From assembly GCA_964016885.1 (NCBI GenBank), contig OZ024742.1:13826001-13890000 (forward strand): a stretch of 64,000 nucleotides of DNA, read 5' to 3'. Both the position numbers and the translations under genes were made by a program. The notes under the pieces were generated by a model that ran no database searches, was not told the DNA's origin, and was given only the letters and a program-made list of their open reading frames with translations. Shown piece after piece: positions 9,566 to 19,100 of the stretch (position 1 is its first letter; every line of letters starts with the position of its first letter). The stretch is from Eledone cirrhosa. Taxonomy: Eukaryota.

Positions 9566-9901
9566 TGTAAGCATGGAGAATTGGATGTGCAATGTCAATG
9601 TGTGTGAATGACCAAGCATAGATGAGTTGAGAGAGAAACTGTGTATAAGAGGGATAAGTTGTAGTGTGCGGGAGAGAAGACTGATGGTATGGAGGATGAC
9701 CGATGGGTGAAGAAGTGCCAGGAAATCCTGGTGGAAGGAAGACAACGATAAAGATGGGCAGAGGTGGTGAGAGCAGACCTCAGATTACTGAAGCCAACAG
9801 AGGAGATGACAAAAGACCATGACCAGTGGAGAGATGCTGTGCTGAATAGGACCCGTCTCACCCTTGCAAGCAGGGAAAAGCGGGCGTAAAATGATGATGA
9901 T
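9566..9901 (+). mobile_element. RTE-clade LINE 3' fragment
   Basis: Degenerate translation WMCNV..ELREKLCIRGI..VRERRL..WVKKC..VEG..WAEVVRADL..TKDHDQWRDAV is typical of RTE ORF C-termini. It ends in a (GAT)n tail. Related tails occur at 8858-8890 (+), 6838-6895 (-) and 10100-10157 (-). Confidence 0.75.
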
Positions 9902-10479
9902 ATATATACAATCTGAAAATTTCATAGGCTGACTATGAAGGAGTGGTAATGCTAATGCTGTTAAATCTTGCATGCATTAAATTCAACTCTTCTTATTAAT
10001 AACTGCATTGTTTCTCTCCAGAGACTATGTAGAAAAATAAACCTCATTTGGTCATTCCATGAGAGTATCATGGTCAGCCTATGAACTTTTTTGTCATCAC
10101 TCATCATCTTCATTGGCGTTTTAACGTCCACTCTCCTTGCTAGCAAGAGTTGGACAATACTACATAGACTAAGTCAGTACTGCAGCAAAGTTACTGTTCT
10201 CTCAGGCCAGGGATTTTTGTCTCTATTATGAATGGCCAATGTTCCACCAAGCGTACAGGAGAGGTATTCATGTCTTTTACACAACTGAGGGTCCTCCCAA
10301 CCCTTGGTATATATAATTACATAGGAGCATCTTATTGTGTAATGTTACTCCAGAGACCTTTTGGAGAAACCCCATTTATTTGGCCACTTGTATTAGGGAT
10401 CATATTCTTTCAGTCATTACCCAAGATTCATGACCATAGGTAAAAAAAAAAGTAAACTCCCCACTTCTATCACAAATGA

Positions 10480-10745
10480 CCATGGGATTTGTACTTAGAA
10501 AGTTTCCCTTTCAAAGCACAAGCCTGGGCAAGGTTTGTTTGTGGAAGACTGGCAGTCGCCCATGCATACTAGTCTCCCCCTCTTCACACCACCAATGTTG
10601 TCCAAGGGAAAGGCAATGCAACTCATTTTTACAGCTGAGTAAACTGGAGTAAAGGGTCTTGCTCAAGAGCATGACACACCACCTGATTCAGGAATCGAAC
10701 TCACAACCTCACGATTGTGAATCCAATGCCCTAACCACAAGCCTT
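10480..10745 (-). mobile_element. tRNA-derived SINE (same family as 809-1003)
   Basis: Reverse complement of the family: ttgtccaagggaaag, cagctgagtaaactgg, tcttgctcaag, ggaatcgaactc (B-box) and ctaaccac (A-box region). Confidence 0.75.
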
Positions 10746-10811
10746 CATTTATTTATGTATGTAAACATATCTTATTTAAACATTTCTCTGTAAATCAAAA
10801 AAAGGTGAACG

Positions 10812-10925
10812 GCATGAAATAAAGTGTCTTACTCAAGAACACAACACATTGCCCAGTCTGGAAATCAAACTTACGACCTCACGATTATGAATCCGATGCT
10901 CTAACCACTAAACCACACGCCTTCA
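10812..10925 (-). mobile_element. SINE head fragment (same family as 809-1003)
   Basis: tgaaataaagtgtcttactcaagaacacaacac...aatcaaactt...ctaaccactaaacca is the reverse complement of the head at 809-910. Confidence 0.7.
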
Positions 10926-11003
10926 CTGACCATAGGTAAGAGTTGGCATTAAACAACGAATGGAAGATATTATTTGATTTATTTATTATTGTTTTACTGT
11001 TGT

Positions 11004-11155
11004 CTTCTGTAGGTAATTAATAATGCTGGTGTTTTCTTCTGTAGGTAATTAATAATGTTGGTGTTTTCTTCTGTAGATAATTAATAATGTTGGTGTTTTC
11101 TTCTGTAGGTAATTAATAATGCTGCTGTTTTCTTCTGTAGGTAATTAATAATGCT
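11004..11155 (+). repeat. 32-bp tandem repeat spanning the exon 4 acceptor
   Basis: TCTTCTGTAG|GTAATTAATAATG(C/T)TGGTGTTT, with AG ending at 11012, 11044, 11076, 11108 and 11140. Confidence 0.92.
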
Positions 11156-11266
11156 TGTGCAACACAGGCCATTCTCAGTATTTTACTCAACTGCAAACAT
11201 GAAGATTTAGAATTGGGAGAAACTCTGACATCTTTCAAAGAGTTTGTTCAAAACTTTGATCCAGCT
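11141..11266 (+). CDS. UCHL5: UCHL5 coding exon 4 (contains the catalytic Cys); gene incomplete in this window
   Basis: Acceptor ttttcttctgtag|GTA and donor GCT|gtaagt. 126 nt translating [42 protein letters not shown]; NACATQA is the UCH catalytic Cys motif. I found no downstream exon (expected MKGLAL...-like) in the window. Confidence 0.95.
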
Positions 11267-11462
11267 GTAAGTAGTTGTTTTTCTCTTGTTTCTAGTTGTT
11301 GTTAATGTTTAACATCCTGTACTACATGAAACTACATTAGCAAGGCATACTTAAAAAGTACAAAACAGCACTATGACAGCATCATGTTTAAAATTAAGGT
11401 ATTTAGTTTACTGTAAATTTTCACAGCTATCTGTCTACTAATAAAGATAGTTACCATATATA

Positions 11463-12751
11463 CGAGGGGGGATCAAAAAGTTTGCGGAATTTTATCGTAG
11501 CAAGAAAAAAATCAGGTTAAAACAATATTAAACATGTCAGAACATTGTCACTGGGTGTTTACCTTGCTATTAGTCACTTGCAGTCAGTCATGCGCGGACT
11601 ATTGTACAGTACTGACACTCTTTAAACCTCTTTTTGGAACAATGGAAAATAGTTATTCTGAGATAAGATCGAATATCAAGTCTCTGGTGAAACTCAAATG
11701 GAAAGGGACACAGATTATGGAGGCTTTAGTTAAAGTTTACGGTACTACTGCTCCAAAGAAAACTTCTGTCTACAAGTGGATTCAGCGATTCAAACAAGGG
11801 AAAGACGACCATCGCAGTGGAAGACCAGGAACATCAAAAAATGACCAAAACGTTGAGGCTGTTCAGACTTTAATTGAAGAAGATCGAAGAATAATCAGTT
11901 AGCTAAGTCCCCAGACATTTCATATGGTTCGGCAAATTCAATTCTGCACGATAATTTGGGACAAAGCAAGCTTTCAGTGTGATGGGTCCCAAAAGCGTTG
12001 CGCCCTGATCGGCTGATTCTTCGAAGTGATCTATCTTTGGCGATATTAAACAAAATTGAAGTTGATGAAGAGCATATCCTGACCAGAATCATCACCGGAG
12101 ATAAAACCTGGATCTACCAGTATGATCCTGAATCCAAACAGCAGTCAAAACAGTGGCTTCCATGTGGATCATCGGGACCAATCAAGTTCAAATCTCAAAA
12201 GTCAGATCAAAAGGTGATGGCCACCATTTTCTGGGATTCAGATGGGGTGATACTAATAGATTATCTTGAAGGTCAAAGAACTGTGACAGCAGCTTACTAT
12301 GCAAATGTTTTAAGGAAGCTGAAAGAGGCATTAGTCAAGAAACGAAAAGGGAAACTTCATGGTGGGATCTTGTTTGACCATGACAAGGCACCAGCGCATT
12401 CTGCGCGGGTTGCAAAAGAAGTTCTTCAAGAATTTCGATGGGAAGTGCTTCCTCACCCGCCTTATAGTCCAGATTTAGCCCCATCAGACTTTCCTCTTTC
12501 CAAAACTCAAAGAAATGCTAAAAGGAACCCGTTTTAGTGGTGTTGAAGAAGCTAAAAACACTGCCAACACATGGCTTCGAACAAAGCCTTCAACTTTCTT
12601 TAGAGACGGCTTACGAAGCTGGAAGCATCGCCTTGTGAAGTGTATTGACCTGGATGGCAACTATGTAGAAAAATAAATTGAAGGTATATCATATTTTTTG
12701 AAAAATAGATTATTTTCTTAAAAATTCCGCGAACTTTTTGATCCCCCCTCG
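11463..12751 (+). mobile_element. Full-length mariner (DD34D) transposon, irritans/Hsmar2-like
   Basis: 31-bp TIRs CGAGGGGGGATCAAAAAGTTTGCGGAATTTT (11463-11493) and 12721-12751 with 1 mismatch. TA duplication at 11461-62 and 12752-53. 1289 bp long with an internal transposase. Confidence 0.95.
11642..12676 (+). pseudogene. Disrupted mariner transposase
   Basis: Starts MENSYSEIRSNIK and has an HTH region (VYKWIQRF..RSGRP), WVPKAL, TGDKTWIY, HDKAPAH, HPPYSPDLAPSDF and C-terminal KCIDLDGNYVEK*. Disrupted by a frameshift near 11900, an in-frame TGA just before WVP, and a frameshift near 12490. Confidence 0.93.
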
Positions 12752-12753
12752 TA

Positions 12754-12950
12754 ATTGAATATAAGCTGAGGAATATGTGACCAAAAAATCGATGGTAATA
12801 TGGAGGTTCAGCTTATATTCAGGATTAATATTTTGATGTTTTCACCAATTTTAAATTCTATGTAAATAAGGTTTCGATTGTTGCCCATTTCTCAGACATA
12901 AAATAGTGGGGTCAGCTTATGTTTGTATCAGTTTACATTCGAGTATAATA
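12754..12950 (+). mobile_element. MITE remainder (same family as 9038-9200), split by the mariner
   Basis: aagctgaggaatatgtgacc..gatggta..tcagcttatatt..aatattttgat..ttttcaccaa..catttctcagacataaaat matches 9056-9199. Its first bases (CCATATA) are at 11454-11460, on the other side of the mariner. Confidence 0.75.
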
Positions 12951-13187
12951 CAAAGTAATGTTACGAATACTGTCTCCTTAATGAAGTTGATGATGATTTT
13001 AGTAAATTCCTCCAAATTCTTCATTAATTCATTAAAAAAATAATGTATCTTATTAAAAATCTGGTAATGAGTGGATTAATACTACATCTGCAATCTAGCA
13101 GACCCATGATTAAACGCATTCCAGATATGACCATCCCATCATTCAGTCTATCTACCACTATTTTAAACAATATGCTATGATGAGATT

Positions 13188-16100
13188 TAGCCTCAATGTG
13201 AGACCTAACCCTAGAAGTGACCACCTGACCTAGTCTAGCCTCAATGTGAGACCTAACCCTGGTAGTGACCACCTGACCTAGTGTAAACTCAATGTGAGAC
13301 CTAACCTAAGAAGTGACCACCTGACCTAGTGTAAACTCAATGTGAGACCTCACCAAAGAAGTGACCACCTGACCTAGTCTAGCCTCAATGTGAGACCATC
13401 TAACCCAAGAAGTGACCACCTGACCTAGTGTAACCTCAATGTGAGACCTAACCCTAGAAGTGACCACCTGGCCTAGTGTAACCTCAATGTGAGACCTAAC
13501 CCTAGAAGTGACCACCTGACCTAGTCTAACCTCAATGTGAGACCTAACCCTAGAAGTGACCACCTGACCTAGTCTAGAGTCAATGTGAGACCATCTAACC
13601 CTAGAAGTGACCACCTGACCTAGTCTAGCCTCAATGTGAGACCTTCTAACCCTAGAAGTGGCCACCTGACCTAGTGTAACCTCAATGTGAGACCTAACCC
13701 TAGAAGTGACCACCTGACCTAGTCTAACCTCAATGTGAGACCTAACCCTAGAAGTGATCACCTGACCTAATCTAGCCTCAATGTGAGACTTTCTAACCCT
13801 AGAAGTGACCACCTGACCTAGTCTAGCCTCAATGTGAGCCCGTCTAACCCTAGAAGTGACCGCCTGACCAAGTCTAACCTCAATGTGAGACCTAACCTTA
13901 GAAGTGACCACCTGACCTAGTGTAACCACAATGTGAGACCTAACCCTAGAAGTGACCACCTGACCTAGTCTAACCTCAATGTGAGACCTAACCCTAGAAG
14001 TGACCACCTGACCTAGTCTAACCTCAATGTGAGACCTAACCCTATAAGTGACCACCTGACCTAATCTAGCCTCAATGTGAGACCTAACCCTAGAAGTGAC
14101 CACCTGACCTAGTGTAACCTCAATGTGAGACCTTCTAACCCTAGAAGTGACCACCTAACCTACTCTAGCCTCAATGTGAGACCTAACCCTAGAAGTGACC
14201 ACCTGACCTAGTCTAGCCTCAATGTGAGACCTAACCCTAGAAGTGACCACCTGACCTACTCTAGCCTCAATGTGAGACCTAACCCTAGAAGTGACCACCT
14301 GACCTAGTCTAGCCTCAATGTGAGACCTAACCATAGAAGTGACCACCTGACCTAGTCTAGCCTCAATGTGAGACCTAAGCCTAGAAGTGACCACCTGACC
14401 TAGTCTAGCCTCAATGTGAGACCTTCTAGCCCTGGAAGTGACCACCTGACCTAGTCTAGCCTCAATGTTAGACTATCTAACCCTAGAAGTGACCACCTGA
14501 CGTAGTATAGCCTCAATGTGAGACTTCTAACCCTAGAAGTGACCACCTGACCTAGTCTAGCCTCAATGTGAGACCTAAACCTAGAAATGACCACCTGACG
14601 TAGTGTAACCTCAATGTGAGACCTTCTAACCCAAGAAGTGACCACCTGACCTAGTCTAACCTCAATGTGAGACTTCTAACCATAGAAGTGACCACCTGAC
14701 CTTGTCTAGCCTCAATGTGAGATGATCTAACCCAAGAAGTGACCACCTGACCTAGTGTAACTTCAATGAGACCTAACCCTAGAAGTGACCACCTGACCTA
14801 GTCTGGCCTCAATGTGAGACCTAACCTTAGAAGTGACCACCTGACCTAATCTAGTCCCAATGTGAGACTATCTAACCCAAGAAGTGACCAGGTGACCTAG
14901 TCTAGCCTCAATGTGAGACTTCGAACCCTAGAAGTGACAACCTGACCTAGTGTAAACTGAATGTGAGACCTAACCCAAGAAGTGACCACCTGACCTAGTC
15001 TAGCCTCAATGTGAGACGATCTAACCCTAGAAGTGACCACCTGACCTAGTCTAGCCTCAATGTGAGATCTTCTAACCCTTGAAGTGACCACCTGACCTAG
15101 TCTAGCCTCATTGTGAGACCTAATCCAAGAAGTGACCACCTGACCTAGTCTAACCTCAATGTGAGACCTAACCTTAGCAGTGACCACCTGACCTAGTCTA
15201 GCCTCAATGTGAGACCTAACCCTAGAAGTGACCACCTGACCTAGTCTAGCTTCAATGTGAGACCTAACCCTAGAAGTGACCACCTGACTTAGTCTAGCCT
15301 CAATGTGAGACCTAACCCTAGAACTGACCACCTGAACTAGTCTAGCCTCAATGTGAGACAATCTAACCCTAGAAGTGACCACCTTACCTAGTCTAGTCTC
15401 AATGTGAGACCTAACCCTAGAAGTGACCACCTGACCTAGTCTAGCCTCAATGTGAGACTTCTAACCCTAGAAGTGACAACCTGACCTAGTATAAACTCAA
15501 TGTGAAACCTAACCCAAGAAGTGACCACCTGACCTAGTCTGGCCTCAATGTGAGACGATCTAACCCAAGAAGTGACCACCTGACCTAGTGTAACCTCAAT
15601 GAGACCTTCTAACCCTAGAAGTGACCATCTGACCTAGTCTAGCCTCAATGTGAGACCTAACCCTAGAAGTGACCACCTGACCTCGTCTATCCATAATGTG
15701 AGACTATCTAACCCAAGAAGTGACCACCTGACCTAGTCTAGCCTCAATGTGAGACTTCTAACCCAAGAAGTGACCACATGACCTAGTGTAACCTCAATGT
15801 GAGACCCTCTAACCCTAGAAGTGACCACCTGACCTAGTCTAGCCTCAATCTGAGACCTAACCCTAGAAGTGACCACCTGACCTAGTCTAGCCTCAATGTG
15901 AGACCTAACCCTAGAAGTGACCACCTGACCTAGTCTAGCCTCAATGTGAGACCTAACCCTAAAAGTGACCACCTGACCTACTGTAAACTCAATGTGAGAC
16001 CTTCTAACCTTAGAAGTGACCACCTGACCTAGTCTAGCCTCAATGTGAGACCATCTAACCCAAGAAGTAACCACCTGACCTAGTGTAACCTCAATGTGAG

Positions 16101-19100
16101 ACCTAACACTAGCAGTGACCACCTGACCTAGTCTAGCCTCCAATGTGGGACCTTCTAACCCTAGAAGTGACCACCTGACCCAGTCTAGCCTCAATGTGAG
16201 ACCTAATCCTAGAAGTGACCACCTGACCTAGTCTAGCCTCAATGTGAGACCTAACCATAGAAGTGACCACCTGACCTAGTCTAGCCTCAATGTGAGACTA
16301 TCTAACCCTAGAAGTGACCAGCTGACCTAGTCTAGCCTCAATGTGAGACCTTCTAAACCTAGAAGTGACCACTTGACATAGTGTAACCTCAATGTGAGAC
16401 CTAACCCAAGAAGTGACCACCTGACCTAGTCTAACCTCAATGTGAGACTTCTAACCATAGAAGTGACCACCTGACTTAGTCTAGCCTCAATGTGAGACCT
16501 AACCTTAGAAGTGACCACCTGACCTAGTCTAGCCTCAATGTGAGATGATCTAACCCAAGAAGTGACCACCTGACCTAGTGTAACCTCAATGAGACCTAAC
16601 CCTAGAAGTGACCACCTGACCTAGTCTAGCCTCAATGTGAGACCTAACCTTAGAAGTGACCACCTGACCTAATCTAGTCTCAATGTGAGACTATCTAACC
16701 CAAGAAGTGACCAGGTGACCTAGTCTAGCCTCAATGTGAGACTTCGAACCCTAGAAGTGACAACCTGACCTAGTGTAAACTGAATGTGAGACCTAACCCA
16801 AAAAGTGACCACCTGACCTAGTCTAGCCTCAATGTGAGACGATCTAACCCAAGAAGTGACCACCTGACCTAGTGTAACCTCAATGAGACCTAACCCTAGA
16901 AGTGACCACCTGACCTAGTCTAGCCTCAATGTGAGATCTTCTAACCCTTGAAGTGACCACCTGACCTAGTCTAGCCTCATTGTGAGACCTAATCCAAGAA
17001 GTGACCACCTGACCTAGTCTAGTCTCAATGTGAGACCTAACCCTAGAAGTGACCACCTGACCTACTCTAGCCTCAATCTGAGACCTAACCCAAGAAGTGA
17101 CCACCTGACCTAGTGTAACCTCAATCTGAGACCTAACCCTAGAAGTGACCACCTGACCTAGTTTAGCCTCAATGTGACACCTTCAAACCCTAGAAGTGAC
17201 CACCTGACCTAGTCTAGCCTCCAATGTGCGACCTTCTAACCGTAGAAGTGACCACCTGACCTAGTCTAGCATCAATGTGAGACCTAACCCTAGAAGTGAC
17301 CACCTGACCTAGTCTAGCCTCAATGTGAGATCTTCTAACCCTTGAAGTGACCACCTGACCTAGTCTAGCCTCATTGTGAGACCTAATCCAAGAAGTGACC
17401 ACCTGACCTAGTCTAGTCTCAATGTGAGACCTAACCCTAGAAGTGACCACCTGACCTACTCTAGCCTCAATCTGAGACCTAACCCAAGAAGTGACCACCT
17501 GACCTAGTGTAACCTCAATCTGAGACCTAACCCTAGAAGTGACCACCTGACCTAGTTTAGCCTCAATGTGACACCTTCAAACCCTAGAAGTGACCACCTG
17601 ACCTAGTCTAGCCTCCAATGTGCGACCTTCTAACCCTAGAAGTGACCACCTGACCTAGTCTAGCATCAATGTGAGACCTAACCCTAGAAGTGACCACCTG
17701 ACCTAGTCTAGCCTCAATGTTAGCCCTAACCCTAGAAGTGACCACCTGACCTAGTCTAGTTTCAATGTGAGACCTAACCCTAAAAGTGACCACCTGACCT
17801 AGTCTAGCCTCAATGTGAGATCTTCTAACCCTTGGAGTGACCACCTGACCTAGTCTAGCCTCATTGTGAGACCTAATCCAAGAAGTGACCACCTGACCTA
17901 GTCTAGTCTCAATGTGAGACCTAACCCTAGAAGTGACCACCTGACCTAGTCTAGCCTCAATGTGAGACTTCTAACCCTAGAAGTGACAACCTGACCTAGT
18001 GTAAACTCAATGTGAAACCTAACCCAAGAAGTGACCACCTGACCTACTTTAGCCTCAATGTGAGACCATCTATCCCTAGAAGTGACCACCTGACCTAGTC
18101 TAGGTTCGATGTGAGACCTAACCCTAGAAGTGAACACCTGACCTAGTCTAGCCTCCAATGTGAGACCTTCTAACCCTAGAAGTGACCACCTGACCTAGTC
18201 TAGCCTCAATGTTAGACCTAACCCTAGAAGTGACCACCTGACCTAGTCTAGTTTCAATGTGAGACCTAACCCTAAAAGTGACCACCTGACCTAGTCTAGC
18301 CTCAATGTGAGACCATCTAACCCTAGAAGTGACCACCTTACCTAGTCTAGTCTCAATGTGAGACCTAACCCTAGAAGTGACCACCTGACCTAGTCTAGCC
18401 TGAATGTGAGTCGATCTAACCCAAGAAGTCACCACCTGACCTAGTGTAACCTCAATGAGACCTTCTAACCCTAGAAGTGACCATCTGACCTAGTCTAGCC
18501 TCAATGTGAGACCTAACCCTAGAAGTGACCACCTGACCTCGTCTATCCATAATGTGAGACTATCTAACCCAAGAAGTGACCACCTGACCTAGTCTAGCCT
18601 CAATGTGAGACTTCTAACCCAAGAAGTGACCACCTGACCTAGTGTAACCTCAATGTGAGACCCTCTAACCCTAGAAGTGACCACCTGACCTAGTCTAGCC
18701 TCAATGTGAGACCTAATCCTAGAAGTGACCACCTGACCTACTTTAGCCTCAATGTGAGACCTAACCCTAGAAGTGACCACCTGACCTAGTCTAGCCTCAA
18801 TGTGAGATCTTCTAACCCTTGAAGTGACCACCTGACCTAGTCTAGCCTCATTGTGAGACCTAACCCAAGAAGTGACCACCTGACCTAATCTAACCTCAAT
18901 GTGAGACCTTCTAACCTTAGCAGTGACCACCTGACTTAGTCTAGCCTCAATGTGAGACCTAACCCTAGAAGTGACCACCTGACCTAGTCTAGCCTCAATG
19001 TGAGACTAACCCTAGAAGTGACCACCTGACCTAGTCTAGCCTCAATGTGAGACCATCTAACCCTAGAAGTGACCACCTGACCTAGTCTAGGTTCGATGTG

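Noticed and set aside
11534-12537. SETMAR-like fusion of the transposase with the host gene, or an active transposase
   Set aside because: Two frameshifts and an internal stop disrupt it, the TIRs and TSD mark an ordinary insertion, and I found no evidence of an in-frame splice from exon 4.
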